Positions 29,661 to 41,877 of a stretch of 64,000 bases of DNA are shown piece after piece. Below the pieces are notes generated by a model. That model saw only the letters and a list, made by a program, of their open reading frames with translations, had not been told where the DNA came from and made no database searches. Position 1 is the first letter of the stretch. The number at the start of each line of letters is the position of its first letter. A program made the position numbers and the translations under genes. Origin of the DNA: an uncultured Actinomycetota bacterium (GTDB lineage Bacteria > Actinomycetota > Actinomycetes > JAHEKZ01); the NCBI GenBank assembly GCA_963718235.1, contig CAVQYR010000002.1, positions 768,001 through 832,000 on the forward strand, in the 5' to 3' direction.

Positions 29661-31186
29661 CGGTCGCCCGCACCCGAACCGTGACCCTGGCCGGCGTCCA
29701 CGGGCATCTGGTCGACGTCGAGGCCGATGTGAGTCCGGGCCTGCCCAGGACGGTGCTGGTCGGCCTGCCCGACCCGGCGGTCAACGAGGCCCGGGACCGG
29801 GTGCGCGCGGCGCTGGTGAACTCAGGGCTGACCTGGCCGGACGCCCGGATCACGGTCAGCCTGTCCCCGGCCTGGGTCCGCAAGCGCGGCAGTGGGCTCG
29901 ACCTCGCCGTCGCCTGCGCGATCCTGGCCGCCACCGAGCAGGTGCCGACGGCGGGCGTCGGCAGCTCGGTGCTGCTGGGTGAGCTGGGGCTCGACGGAGC
30001 GGTGCGCCCGGTTCGGGGGGTGCTGCCGATGGTCCTGGCCGCTCTCGAGCGCGGGCACGACCACGTGGTCGTGGCCGCCGGCAACGCGGCCGAGGCCGCC
30101 CTCGTCCCGGACCTGAAGGTCGTCGCCGTCGACCGGCTGGTCGACCTGGTCGCCGTGCTCCGGGGCGAGGCCGAGCCAGTCCTCGTGCCGCGCACGCAGT
30201 GCCCGCCGAGCCACGATCCGGTGCCCGACCTCGCCGACGTCGTCGGGCAGCATGACGCCCGTCGAGCCCTGGAGATCGCAGCAGCCGGAGGGCACCACCT
30301 GCTGCTGCAGGGCGCGCCGGGCGCCGGCAAGACCCTGCTCGCGCAACGGCTGCCCGGGCTGCTACCTCCGCTCGACGAGCGGCAGCGGCTCGAGGTCACC
30401 GCGGTGCACTCGGTGGCCGGCGTCCTCCCACCGGACCGCCCACTGGTCGCGCACCCGCCGTTCCAGGCGCCGCACCACACCGCCACCGGTCCGGCTCTGG
30501 TCGGCGGCGGCAGCGGTGTGCCGAGACCGGGGGCCGTATCGCTCGCTCACCGCGGCGTGCTCTTCCTCGACGAGGCGCCGGAGTTCTCCCCTCGTGTCCT
30601 GCAGACCCTGCGCCAACCGCTCGAGAGCGGAGTGGTCACCGTCGCTCGGGCCGAGGCCGTTGTGCACTACCCGGCGAGCTTCCAGCTGGTCCTGGCGGCC
30701 AACCCCTGCCCTTGCGGTCGCCTCGTCGGTCGCGGGCTCGACTGCACGTGCACCCCCATCCAGAAGATGCGGTACACCGCGCGTCTGTCCGGGCCGCTGC
30801 TGGACCGGATCGACCTGCGGGTGGTGGTCCATCCGCTGACCCGTGAGCAGCTGGCCGAGGGGCTGGCCGGCGAGCCCAGTGACCGCGTGCGAGACCGGGT
30901 CGCAGTGGCCCGCGATCGGGCCGCCCGGCGCCTGACCGGCACCCCGTGGGTGACCAACGCCGCGGTACCTGGACGTGAGCTGCGCGGGCGCTTCCGGGTC
31001 GACCCTGACGCCATGGGCGACGTGTACGACCAGGTGGGCCGTGGAGCGCTGACGGCTCGCGGGGTCGACCGGGTACTGCGGATCGCCTGGACCCTGGCCG
31101 ACCTCACCGATCGTGACCGACCCGGGCCGGCCCAGGTGGGCGCCGCACTGCGGCTGCGGCAGGGAGAGTCGGCATGGGCGGCGTGA
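29657..31186 (+). CDS. comM: YifB/ComM Mg-chelatase-like AAA+ ATPase
   Basis: VGLPD, GAPGAGKT, APHHT, LAHRGVLFLDE, NPCPCG, SGPLLDRID. Confidence 0.93.
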   Translation: MTVARTRTVTLAGVHGHLVDVEADVSPGLPRTVLVGLPDPAVNEARDRVRAALVNSGLTWPDARITVSLSPAWVRKRGSGLDLAVACAILAATEQVPTAGVGSSVLLGELGLDGAVRPVRGVLPMVLAALERGHDHVVVAAGNAAEAALVPDLKVVAVDRLVDLVAVLRGEAEPVLVPRTQCPPSHDPVPDLADVVGQHDARRALEIAAAGGHHLLLQGAPGAGKTLLAQRLPGLLPPLDERQRLEVTAVHSVAGVLPPDRPLVAHPPFQAPHHTATGPALVGGGSGVPRPGAVSLAHRGVLFLDEAPEFSPRVLQTLRQPLESGVVTVARAEAVVHYPASFQLVLAANPCPCGRLVGRGLDCTCTPIQKMRYTARLSGPLLDRIDLRVVVHPLTREQLAEGLAGEPSDRVRDRVAVARDRAARRLTGTPWVTNAAVPGRELRGRFRVDPDAMGDVYDQVGRGALTARGVDRVLRIAWTLADLTDRDRPGPAQVGAALRLRQGESAWAA

Positions 31187-32308
31187 GCGGGTCGAACGGC
31201 CAGCTCGACCCGGATCGGCGGGCCCGTGTCGTTCTCGCCCGGATCGCCGAGCCGGGTGACTCCGCCCTGGTCGAGGCGGTGCGGATCCGGGGGGCTCGCT
31301 CCGTGCTCGAGGCGATCGGTGAGCATCGTTCCGGCCTGCCCAACGAGCGGGGTTACCTCACCCGCCTCGACGGGCTCGACCCCCGCCGTGACCACGAGCA
31401 GCTGACCGACTGCGGCGCGCGCGTGGTCGTCCCCGGTGACCTCGAGTGGCCCAGCCAGCTCGACGACCTCGGGGCCACCACGCCCCTGGCGCTCTTCGTC
31501 CGCGGCTGCGACCTGCGCCGATGCGTCCTGCGGTCCGCAGCCGTGGTCGGTGCACGCGCAGCAACGACCTACGGGGTGAACGTCGCCAGTGACCTGGCCG
31601 CCGGGCTCTCCGACCGAGGCTGGGCGGTCGTGTCCGGCGGGGCGTACGGGATCGACGCGGCGGCTCACCGCGGGGCGCTGGCAGCGGGCGGGTTGACGGT
31701 GGCCGTCCTCGCCTGCGGGGTCGACGTGGCCTACCCGCGTGGCCATGTGGCCCTGCTCGAACGCGTGGCCGCGGAGGGTGTGGTCGTGAGCGAGCTCCCA
31801 CCGGGATGTCACCCGACCAAGAGCCGGTTCCTGACCAGGAACCGGCTGATCGCGGCCCTGTCCCGGGGCACCGTCGTGGTCGAGGCGGCCCACCGGTCGG
31901 GCGCGTTGAACACTGCGGCCGCGGCCCGTCGCCTGGGCCGCCCCCTGCTGGTGGTCCCTGGTCCGGTCACGTCGCCCCTGTCGGCCGGCACTCATCGACT
32001 CCTGCGCGCCCATCGTGAGGAGTCGGTCGTGGTCACCGGAGCCGACGAGGTCGTCGAGGAGCTCGGCCCCCTGGGCAGCTTGGCCCCGGAGCCTCAGGCT
32101 GGCCACCTCGCCGTCCGACGGGCTCGCTCCGCAGGTCGCGGCCACGCTCGAGGCCCTTCCGGTCCGTCGGGGGGTGCCCATCGAGCGCCTGGCCCGCACG
32201 GCAGGTGTGCCCGCTGACGCGGCGGCCCGAGCCCTGGACCAGCTGAGGCTGCTAGGTCTGGCACTCGTCGACGACGGCCGCTGGCGGCTGGCCGAACGGC
32301 CGGAGTGA
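31183..32308 (+). pseudogene. dprA: DNA-processing protein DprA with a +1 frameshift near 32095-32102 (real or assembly error)
   Basis: VVGAR, VSGGAYGIDAAAH, FLTRNRLIA and SGAL in frame to 32217; winged-helix tail continues in another frame to 32308. Confidence 0.8.
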
Positions 32309-32378
32309 CCGACGACCGGGCGGGCTCGGCCTGGCGAGCCCTCTTGATTGTGCGGCCTGCCGGACGCACCGTGGGGCG

Positions 32379-33347
32379 GTGACCTCACCCACCGCCTCCG
32401 CCGCACCGGGAGGGGGACCGGGGAGCGGGGCTGAGCCGGCGCCGGCGCTGCAGGCTCTGCTCGGTCCCTTCGAGCGAGCGCTGCGGGTCGAACGGGGCCT
32501 TGCGGCTCGCACGGTCACGGCCTACGTCAGCGACGTCGGCGGGTTGGTCGAGCACGCCGAGCGGCTCGGCGTGACGACGCCGGCCGAGCTGGACCTGGCT
32601 GTCCTGCGCAGCTGGCTGGCCCTGCAGAGCACCCGGGGCAAGGCGCGGACGACCCTGGCCCGACGCACCTCCGCCGCACGGGCGTTCACCGGCTACCTCG
32701 TGTCGCACGGGCTGGCCCCCGTCGACGCCGCGGCTCGGCTGGCCCGGCCGAAGGCGCACCGCCCGCTGCCCGCCGTGCTGCGCCACGACCAGGTGAACCG
32801 GCTCCTGGACGCCTCGACTGAGCGGGCGGCTGACGGCGCTGCGGCGACGCTGCGGGACCTCGCGGTGCTGGAGCTTCTCTACGCGACGGGGATCCGGGTC
32901 GGAGAGCTGGTCGGTCTGGACGTCGACGACGTGGACCACGAACGACAGGCGGTCCGGGTGCTGGGCAAGGGGGCCAAGGAGCGTTCGGTACCGATGGGGG
33001 TGCCGGCCCGGAGGTCTCTGGACGCCTGGCTGGAGCGGGGGCGGCCGCAGTGGGCCCGACCGGGCAGCGGGCCCGCGCTGTTCCTCGGGGCGAGGGGGGG
33101 ACGGCTCGACCAGCGAGCGGTCCGTACGCTGGTCCACCGGCACCTGGCCGAGGTCCCCGATGTGGCCGACCTCGGACCGCACGGCCTGCGGCACACCGCC
33201 GCGACGCACCTGCTCGAGGGTGGAGCCGACCTGCGTTCCGTCCAAGAGCTCCTCGGTCACGCTACGCTCGCGACCACCCAGATCTACACGCACGTGTCCG
33301 TTGACCGACTGAAGAGGGCGTATGACCAAGCGCACCCCCGCGCGTGA
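32379..33347 (+). CDS. xerC: Tyrosine recombinase XerC
   Basis: [30 protein letters not shown]; follows dprA. Confidence 0.92.
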   Translation: MTSPTASAAPGGGPGSGAEPAPALQALLGPFERALRVERGLAARTVTAYVSDVGGLVEHAERLGVTTPAELDLAVLRSWLALQSTRGKARTTLARRTSAARAFTGYLVSHGLAPVDAAARLARPKAHRPLPAVLRHDQVNRLLDASTERAADGAAATLRDLAVLELLYATGIRVGELVGLDVDDVDHERQAVRVLGKGAKERSVPMGVPARRSLDAWLERGRPQWARPGSGPALFLGARGGRLDQRAVRTLVHRHLAEVPDVADLGPHGLRHTAATHLLEGGADLRSVQELLGHATLATTQIYTHVSVDRLKRAYDQAHPRA

Positions 33348-34182
33348 TGGTGCTGCCGCGTCACCTGCTGCCTCCGTCGAGGTCGACTTCGACGACGAGC
33401 CGGACCAGGCGTCGGCGGCCGACGCGGCGCTGAAGGCGCTGTGGCGGGAGTTCAAGGACACCGCCGAACCCGCCCTGCGGGAGCGGCTGATCCTGCACTA
33501 CTCACCGCTGGTCAAGTACGTGGCCGGTCGGGTGGGGGTCGGGCTGCCGCCCAACATCGAGCAGGCCGACCTCGTCTCCTACGGCATCTTCGGTCTGATT
33601 GACGCGATCGAGAAGTTCGACCTCGAGCGTGCGATCAAGTTCGAGACCTACGCGATCAGCCGGATCCGCGGAGCGATCATCGACGAGCTGCGGGCAATCG
33701 ACTGGATCCCGCGCTCGGTGCGCTACAAGGCGCGCGAGGTCGAGAAGGCCTACGCCTCCTTGGAGGCGTCGCTGCACCGAACTCCGTCGGAGGCCGAGGT
33801 TGCCGCCGAGATGGGGATCGCCCTGTCGGACCTCCACGCGATCTTCAGCCAGGTGTCCTACGTCAACGTCGTCGCCCTGGACGAGCTGCTCGGGGCCGGC
33901 GGTGACAAGGGCGACAAGCTGAGCCTGGTCGACACCTTGGAGGACCACCGGGCCGAGGACCCGGTGGCAGCCTTCGAGTCAGAGGAGACCAAGTACCTTC
34001 TGGCCAAAGCGATCAACCAGCTTCCGGAGCGAGAGAAGATCGTCGTCACCCTCTACTACTACGAAGGGCTCACGCTGGCCGAGATCGGCCAGGTGCTCGG
34101 GGTGACCGAGAGCCGGATCTGCCAGATGCACACCAAGGCGGTGCTCCAGCTGAGGGGCAAGCTGTCCGAACCTCTCGACTGA
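33322..34182 (+). CDS. whiG: FliA/WhiG family sigma factor
   Basis: [48 protein letters not shown]. Confidence 0.92.
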   Translation: MTKRTPARDGAAASPAASVEVDFDDEPDQASAADAALKALWREFKDTAEPALRERLILHYSPLVKYVAGRVGVGLPPNIEQADLVSYGIFGLIDAIEKFDLERAIKFETYAISRIRGAIIDELRAIDWIPRSVRYKAREVEKAYASLEASLHRTPSEAEVAAEMGIALSDLHAIFSQVSYVNVVALDELLGAGGDKGDKLSLVDTLEDHRAEDPVAAFESEETKYLLAKAINQLPEREKIVVTLYYYEGLTLAEIGQVLGVTESRICQMHTKAVLQLRGKLSEPLD

Positions 34183-34746
34183 GCCCAGCGGGAGCAGGGT
34201 CAGCGGGCCACGCAGCAGCAGCCGCGGGTCGAAGTACCGGGTGTCGTCACGCAGCCCCCAGTGCAGGCACGTCCACGGCCCGCAGTGGGGGCTGTAGGCC
34301 AAGGTGCCGAGCACCTCGCCGGCCCTGACGACGTCGCCCACCGAGACCCTTGGCTCGAGCGGCTCGTAGGTGGTGCGCAGCCCGTCACCGAGCCCCACCA
34401 CCACGACGCCCCGCCCGGCGAGCGAGCCAGCGAAGGTGACCGACCCGGCCACGGCGGCGACGACCGGGTCGCCGACGTCGCCGGCCAGGTCGACGCCGCG
34501 GTGACCCGCCTTCCAGGGGTCCTTGGGTGGGTCGAACTCGCGAACCACCACCGGCGGGCTCAGCGGCCAGGTGCCGACCACGGTCTCGGCGGCGGCCGGG
34601 GAGGCCAGCACCACCAGGACGAGCCCGCCCAAGCCGAGCGACGACAGGCTGAGCGTCCGCAGGCACAGCGTCCACAGGCTGAGCGCCCGCGGGCCCACCG
34701 AGACGCGGCGGGACCGAGCAGGGGCACGGGTGCGTCGGGAGGTCAC
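33979..34746 (-). CDS. Secreted M23 family metallopeptidase; 3' end overlaps whiG
   Basis: Signal ..SPAAA, WPL, GHRGVDL, RTTYEP, CLHWGLR; CAGGGT-N6-GTG start; first stop at 33979. Confidence 0.85.
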   Translation of the reverse strand: MTSRRTRAPARSRRVSVGPRALSLWTLCLRTLSLSSLGLGGLVLVVLASPAAAETVVGTWPLSPPVVVREFDPPKDPWKAGHRGVDLAGDVGDPVVAAVAGSVTFAGSLAGRGVVVVGLGDGLRTTYEPLEPRVSVGDVVRAGEVLGTLAYSPHCGPWTCLHWGLRDDTRYFDPRLLLRGPLTLLPLGSVERFGQLAPQLEHRLGVHLADPALGHPEHLADLGQREPFVVVEGDDDLLSLRKLVDRFGQKVLGLL

Positions 34747-34859
34747 GGCGACACCCTGGCCGACCCGGGCTCGAGGGGTTCGCCTGGCGTGGCCGGCTGG
34801 GGACGGGCGGGCGGACCGCCGCCCTGTGGACGACCGTTTTCGCCACGACGGCGTTCGCC

Positions 34860-35081
34860 CCGTACACTGACCGGGCGCGCCCTCCCGTCCTCGATGGCTG
34901 GGCGTGACATCGCACGTCCGCGCCTCGCGCCTCGGCGCAGGCAGGCCACTCGGTCCACAGCCTGGCTCAACCGCTCGACTGTGGTCGGTCACGTCGGACG
35001 TCAGGCGCCCACCCGACCGTGGTGGGCGAAGAACCGAGAACCGCGTCGGGCTCGCCCGGCGTGGGTGAGGAGCACCCGGCC
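34860..35081 (+). promoter_or_regulatory. rpsB promoter and long structured leader
   Basis: TACACT at 34863; ~210-nt leader with CGCCCACC/GGTGGGCG hairpin at 35006-35028; rpsB leaders are commonly autoregulatory. Confidence 0.5.
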
Positions 35082-36128
35082 ATGGCCGTCGTCACCATGA
35101 AGCAGCTGCTCGAGAGCGGCGTCCACTTCGGGCACCAGACCCGTCGCTGGAACCCGAAGATGAAGCGGTTCATCTTCACCGAGCGCAACGGCATCTACAT
35201 CATCGACCTGCAGCAGTCGCTGTCGTACATCGACCGCGCCTACGAGTTCGTCAAGGAGACCGTGGCCCACGGGGGCTCGGTGATGTTCATCGGCACCAAG
35301 AAGCAGGCCCAGGAGGCCATCGCCGAGCAGTCGACCCGGGTCGGGATGCCCTACGTCAACCAGCGGTGGCTGGGCGGCATGCTGACCAACTTCTCCACGG
35401 TGCACAAGCGGCTGCAGCGGCTCAAGGAGCTCGAGCAGATCGACTTCGACGACGTCGCCGCCTCCGGCATGACCAAGAAGGAGCTGCTGGTGCTCCGGCG
35501 TGAGCGGGACAAGCTGGTCAAGACCCTCGGCGGCATCCGTGACATGCAGCGGATCCCGAGCGCGGTGTGGGTCATCGACACCAACAAGGAGCACATCGCC
35601 GTCGAGGAGGCCCGCAAGCTCAACATCCCCGTGGTCGCCATCCTGGACAGCAACTGCGACCCGGACGTCGTGCAGTACCCGATCCCCGGCAACGACGACG
35701 CGATCCGCTCGGTCGCGCTGCTGACCAGGGTCATCGCCGACGCCGTCGCCGACGGCCTGGTCGCCCGGGCCGGCGCGGCCAGTGGCGACGAGAAGCCCGT
35801 GGGTGCCGAGCTCGGCACCGACGAGCCCCTGGCCGAGTGGGAGCGCGAGCTGTTGGGCGCCGCGGAGACGCCGGCCCCCGAGGCACCCGCCGCGGAGGCC
35901 CCGGTCGAGACCCCGGCACCCGAGGCCCCGGCCGCGGAGGCCCCGGTCCGAGGCCCCGGCACCCGAGGCCCCGGCCGAGGCCCCGAGGCCCCGGTCGAGG
36001 CCCCGGCACCTGAGGCCCCGGTCGAGACCCCGGCACCTGAGGCCCCGGTCGAGACCCCGGCACCCGAGGCCCCGGCCGCGGAGGCCCTGGTCGAGACCCC
36101 GGCCGAGGCTGTCGAGCCCCAGGCCTGA
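35082..36128 (+). CDS. rpsB: 30S ribosomal protein S2 with repetitive acidic tail
   Basis: [38 protein letters not shown]. Confidence 0.98.
   Translation: MAVVTMKQLLESGVHFGHQTRRWNPKMKRFIFTERNGIYIIDLQQSLSYIDRAYEFVKETVAHGGSVMFIGTKKQAQEAIAEQSTRVGMPYVNQRWLGGMLTNFSTVHKRLQRLKELEQIDFDDVAASGMTKKELLVLRRERDKLVKTLGGIRDMQRIPSAVWVIDTNKEHIAVEEARKLNIPVVAILDSNCDPDVVQYPIPGNDDAIRSVALLTRVIADAVADGLVARAGAASGDEKPVGAELGTDEPLAEWERELLGAAETPAPEAPAAEAPVETPAPEAPAAEAPVRGPGTRGPGRGPEAPVEAPAPEAPVETPAPEAPVETPAPEAPAAEALVETPAEAVEPQA
35865..36110 (+). repeat. Coding tandem repeats (E[TA]PAPEAP[AAEAP]V) in the rpsB tail
   Basis: Recurrent GAGACCCCGGCACCCGAGGCCCCG units. Confidence 0.85.
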
Positions 36129-36173
36129 CCTGTTTCCGTCGCACCACGAACCCAAGAAAGGGCTGCCACCCCC

Positions 36174-37795
<1,622 letters not shown>

Positions 37796-37829
37796 CGCCC
37801 GACCCGCTCACCCCGAAACAGGAGCTGCC

Positions 37830-38399
37830 GTGACTTCCGACACCATCGCCGAGAACCTGCGTGAGGCCGAGCAGAAGATGGGCAAGGCTGTGGCGGTGGC
37901 CAAGGAGGACTTCGCGTCCATCCGTACGGGGCGGGCCAACCCCGCGATGTTCAACAAGATCCTGGCCGACTACTACGGCACCCCGACCCCGGTGAACCAG
38001 CTGGCGTCGTTCCACTCGCTCGAGGCGTCACTCATGGTGATCACCCCCTACGACAAGGGCGCACTGTCGGCGATCGAGCGGGCGATCCGGGACAGCGACC
38101 TCGGGGTGAACCCGGTCGACGACGGTGTCGTGATCCGGGTGGCGTTCCCCTCGCTGACCGAGGAGCGTCGACGCGACTACATCAAGGTCGCCCGCACCAA
38201 GGCCGAGGACGCCAAGATCTCGATCCGCAACATCCGCCGGCACAGCAAGGACCACCTGGACAAGCTGTCGAAGGACGGCGACGCCAGCGAGGACGACGTA
38301 CGCCGCGCCGAGAAGCAGCTCGACGACCTGACGCACAAGTACACCGGCCAGGTCGACGACGTCCTCAAGCACAAAGAGGCCGAGCTGCTCGAGGTCTGA
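37830..38399 (+). CDS. frr: Ribosome recycling factor
   Basis: [23 protein letters not shown]; CAGGAG before GTG 37830. Confidence 0.97.
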   Translation: MTSDTIAENLREAEQKMGKAVAVAKEDFASIRTGRANPAMFNKILADYYGTPTPVNQLASFHSLEASLMVITPYDKGALSAIERAIRDSDLGVNPVDDGVVIRVAFPSLTEERRRDYIKVARTKAEDAKISIRNIRRHSKDHLDKLSKDGDASEDDVRRAEKQLDDLTHKYTGQVDDVLKHKEAELLEV

Positions 38400-38403
38400 G
38401 GTC

Positions 38404-39267
38404 GTGTCCGCCCCCGAACCTGACGAGAGCCCGTCGGTCGCGACGTCTGTTCCCGGCCCCCCGGTCGGGCGGGCCGGGCGCAACCTCCCGGTCGCGGTCG
38501 GGGTGGGCGTCCTGCTCGCCGTCCTGGTGCTGCTGAGCCTCTACACGTACAAGTGGCTGTTCGTCGTCGTGGTGGTGGCTGCGATCGCGATCGCGGTGTA
38601 CGAGCTGGCCACGGCGGTGCGGTCCGCTGACGTCGTGGTGCCTTTGCTGCCGATGGTCGCCGCGAGTGCGGTCATGCTCGTCGCGGCCTACCTGGACGGT
38701 GCGGACACGCTGGCTGTCGCCTATGTCCTGACCCTGGTGCTTGTCGTGCTGGCCCGGCTCGTGCTCGGGCACCAGCGGCTGGTGCGGGACACCGTCGTCG
38801 CAGTGTTCGTGGTCACGTACGTGGCGCTGCTCGCGTCGTTCGCGATGCTGATGCTCGCCGAGCCGGACGGGCCCGACCGGATCGTGGTCTTCATCCTCGC
38901 GGTCGTGGCCAGCGACACCGGCGGCTACGCGGTCGGCGTCCTCACCGGTCGCCACCCCATGGCGCCGAGGGTGAGTCCGAAGAAGTCGTGGGAGGGGCTG
39001 GGCGGGTCCTTCCTGTTCGCCGCTGTCGCGTCCTCGCTCGCGTTCGCCGTGCTCTTGGACGCGTCCTGGTGGCGCGGTGCGTTGTTCGGCTGCGTGGTCG
39101 TGGTGACGGCCACCCTCGGCGACCTCGGCGAGTCGCTGATCAAGCGTGACCTCGGGGTGAAGGACATGAGCCGGCTCCTGCCCGAGCACGGGGGGCTGAT
39201 GGACCGGCTCGACTCGCTGCTGCCTACCGCCCCCGTGGCGGCGGTCCTGCTCCTCGCCCTGGTGTGA
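38404..39267 (+). CDS. cdsA: Phosphatidate cytidylyltransferase
   Basis: SPKKSWEG, GDLGESLIKRDLGVKD, HGGLMDRLDS. Confidence 0.96.
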   Translation: MSAPEPDESPSVATSVPGPPVGRAGRNLPVAVGVGVLLAVLVLLSLYTYKWLFVVVVVAAIAIAVYELATAVRSADVVVPLLPMVAASAVMLVAAYLDGADTLAVAYVLTLVLVVLARLVLGHQRLVRDTVVAVFVVTYVALLASFAMLMLAEPDGPDRIVVFILAVVASDTGGYAVGVLTGRHPMAPRVSPKKSWEGLGGSFLFAAVASSLAFAVLLDASWWRGALFGCVVVVTATLGDLGESLIKRDLGVKDMSRLLPEHGGLMDRLDSLLPTAPVAAVLLLALV

Positions 39268-39325
39268 TCCAGCCGGTGCTGGTGGTCGTGGGTCGGGGCG
39301 TCGCGCGGTGCGACAGAATGACTCC

Positions 39326-39946
39326 ATGACACTGGCCGCGAAGGCTCCGGAGGAGCGGCGACGCCGGATCCTGCGCGCAGCCGTCGACGTGGTGCGCGAC
39401 CGTGGCTTCGCGGGAACCCGGGTCGCTGACATCGCGGCCGCCGCCGGGACCAGCCCCGCCCTGGTGCTGTACCACTTCAGCAGCCTCAACGACGTGCTCC
39501 TCGAGGCGCTGACCATGACCGACGAGGAGTTCTACGACGACCTCGGCGGCGCGAGCGGCGACCCGCGCGACCGGTTGGCCCGGATGGCGACCCTGGCGGC
39601 GGGGGGCGGGCCGGGGTTCGGCGACTGGCAGCTGTACCTCGAGGTCTGGGTGCGGGCCCGGCACGACGAGCGGATCGACGCCGTCCGCCAGGAGCTCGAC
39701 GCGCGGTGGCGCGAGGCCCTGGTCGAGACGGTCGAGGCCGGCGTGGCAGAGGGCCTGTTCGACAGCCCTTCGCCCACCGACGCGGCCCTGCGCCTGTCCT
39801 CGCTCATGGACGGGCTGGCCGTCCAGGTCGTGCTCGGCGACCCCGGAGTGACCTCCGAGCGCATGGTCGAGCTGTGGCTTGCCGGGGCGGCCCGGGAGCT
39901 GTCGACCGACGCCGCCGACCTGCTGGCCCGCACCCAGGCGCTGTGA
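39326..39946 (+). CDS. TetR family regulator (BetI-like C-terminus)
   Basis: [28 protein letters not shown]; LMDGLAVQ; CAGAAT-N6-ATG start. Confidence 0.9.
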   Translation: MTLAAKAPEERRRRILRAAVDVVRDRGFAGTRVADIAAAAGTSPALVLYHFSSLNDVLLEALTMTDEEFYDDLGGASGDPRDRLARMATLAAGGGPGFGDWQLYLEVWVRARHDERIDAVRQELDARWREALVETVEAGVAEGLFDSPSPTDAALRLSSLMDGLAVQVVLGDPGVTSERMVELWLAGAARELSTDAADLLARTQAL

Positions 39947-41049
39947 TGCCCCAGCCCGGTGAGCTGACGTTCACCGCGCCCCGACGGGGCAAGCCGCCGC
40001 GACACCTCGCCGACCTCGACCGACCGGCGCGGCGGGCAGCGCTCACCGAGCTCGGTGAGCCGGCCTACCGGGCCGACCAGCTGTCCCGGCACTACTTCGA
40101 GCGCCACGTCGTCGACCCGGCCGAGATGACCGATCTCCCGGCGTCGACCCGGGCCGACCTGGTCGCGGAGGTGCTGCCGCCCCTGCTGACCCCGGTCGGC
40201 GAGCAGACGTGCGACCGTGGGACCACCGTGAAGAGCCTGTGGCGGTTGTTCGACGGGGCGCTCGTGGAGAGCGTGCTGATGCGCTACCCGGGTCGGGCGA
40301 CGGTCTGCCTGTCGTCCCAGGCCGGCTGCGGGATGAACTGCCCGTTCTGCGCCACCGGCCAGGCTGGCCTGACCCGCAACCTGTCCACGGCGGAGATCGT
40401 CGACCAGGCGGTGTCGGCGGCCCGCCTGATCGAGTCCGGCGCCGTGGCCGGGGGGCCTGGTCGGTTGTCCAACGTCGTGTTCATGGGCATGGGCGAGCCG
40501 TTGGCCAACTACCGCGCCGTCGTCGACGCCGTCCGGCGGCTGACCGACCCGGCGCCGGCCGGCCTCGGCCTGTCCCAGCGCTCGGTCACGCTGTCGACGG
40601 TGGGACTGGTCCCCGCGATGCGGCGGCTCCTGGACGAGGACCTCTCGGTCACCCTGGCGTTGTCCCTGCACGCCCCCGACGACGAGCTGCGGGACACCCT
40701 CGTGCCGGTCAACACCCGTTGGCCGGTGACCGAGGTGCTCGCCGCCGCGTTCGACTACGTCGACCGTACCGGGCGCCGCCTGTCGATCGAGTACGCGCTG
40801 ATCCGCGACATCAACGACCAAGCCTGGCGGGCCGATCGCCTGGGTGCGCTCCTCGCCGGTCGGCTCGCGCACGTCAACCTCATCCCGCTCAACCCGACGC
40901 CGGGGTCGAGGTGGACGGCGTCTCGACCGCAGGACGAGCAGGAGTTCGTCCGCCGGATCGAGGCCCACGGCGTGCCGGTCACCGTGCGGGACACCCGTGG
41001 ACGCGAGATCGACGGGGCCTGCGGCCAGCTGGCCGCCACGGTCGACTGA
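39946..41049 (+). CDS. rlmN: 23S rRNA m2A2503 methyltransferase
   Basis: [36 protein letters not shown]. Confidence 0.96.
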   Translation: MPQPGELTFTAPRRGKPPRHLADLDRPARRAALTELGEPAYRADQLSRHYFERHVVDPAEMTDLPASTRADLVAEVLPPLLTPVGEQTCDRGTTVKSLWRLFDGALVESVLMRYPGRATVCLSSQAGCGMNCPFCATGQAGLTRNLSTAEIVDQAVSAARLIESGAVAGGPGRLSNVVFMGMGEPLANYRAVVDAVRRLTDPAPAGLGLSQRSVTLSTVGLVPAMRRLLDEDLSVTLALSLHAPDDELRDTLVPVNTRWPVTEVLAAAFDYVDRTGRRLSIEYALIRDINDQAWRADRLGALLAGRLAHVNLIPLNPTPGSRWTASRPQDEQEFVRRIEAHGVPVTVRDTRGREIDGACGQLAATVD

Positions 41050-41115
41050 TCCGGCACGGCGACACCACCACCGGGATGCGCCGAGTCGGGCGCGTGAGTG
41101 TGCGAGGGTTCTGCC

Positions 41116-41691
41116 GTGTCCGTGACGTCCACGCTCGCCACTGCCTCGCGACGCGAGAAGGCTCGCGCCGTCGCCATGAGCCTCGTCCGCACGGGGCTCA
41201 CGGTCGGGGCCATCTTCTGGGTCTACGCCGCCACGCCGCGTGCCGCGGCTGGTGAGGAGGTCAAACAGGGTGCTCCGCTGCTGCTCGTCGCACTCGCGGT
41301 CTTCTTGGCCGTGTTCACCTGGCAGCTGCGCCGCATCCGGCGGTCCCGTCACCCCGGACTGCGTGCCGCCGAGGCGGGAGTGTCCAGTCTCGCCGTGTTC
41401 CTCGTCGGTTTCGCGATCGTCTACCTGTCCTGGTCCAGCGTCTACCCGAACGACTTCAGCGAGCCGCTGCAGCACGTGACGGCGATGTACTTCACGGTCA
41501 CCGTCTTCGCCACCGTGGGGTTCGGCGACATCACCCCGACCGCTGACCCGACCCGGATCATCACCTCGGTCCAGATGCTGCTGGACCTCGTCTTCATCGG
41601 CGCCCTGGTCAAGGTGCTCTTCCAGGTCGCCCAGAACGCCACGGCGGACCGGGAGCAGACCGAGGTCCCACCCCCTAGCATCGAGCCATGA
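41116..41691 (+). CDS. Potassium channel family protein (Ion_trans_2); start uncertain 41098-41176
   Basis: YFTVTVFATVGFGDI selectivity filter, four hydrophobic segments. Confidence 0.85.
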   Translation: MSVTSTLATASRREKARAVAMSLVRTGLTVGAIFWVYAATPRAAAGEEVKQGAPLLLVALAVFLAVFTWQLRRIRRSRHPGLRAAEAGVSSLAVFLVGFAIVYLSWSSVYPNDFSEPLQHVTAMYFTVTVFATVGFGDITPTADPTRIITSVQMLLDLVFIGALVKVLFQVAQNATADREQTEVPPPSIEP

Positions 41692-41855
41692 GCACCGTGG
41701 TGCCCCTGCTGCTCGGCATGGCCGCGCTCGTCCTTGCCCTGGGCGTGGTCGTGGGTGCGGTCACCGGCCGCGCCAAGGTCCGCTCGTGCTGCGCCGTCCC
41801 GGCCGACCGCGACCTGCGGCTGCGCGACGCCTCGCGTACCGGAGAAATAGTTTAG
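41688..41855 (+). CDS. 55-aa single-TM protein with vicinal Cys-Cys (absent from ORF track)
   Basis: ATGA overlap with the channel stop; MSTVVPLLLGMAALVLALGVVVGAVTGRAKVRSCCAVPADRDLRLRD..; GC-rich third positions. Confidence 0.6.
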   Translation: MSTVVPLLLGMAALVLALGVVVGAVTGRAKVRSCCAVPADRDLRLRDASRTGEIV

Positions 41856-41877
41856 CGTTGAACGATGTTGGACGGGC

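Noticed and set aside
32379-33347. Tyrosine recombinase as a phage or ICE integrase
   Set aside because: Core dprA-xerC synteny; no att sites, tRNA or mobile cargo
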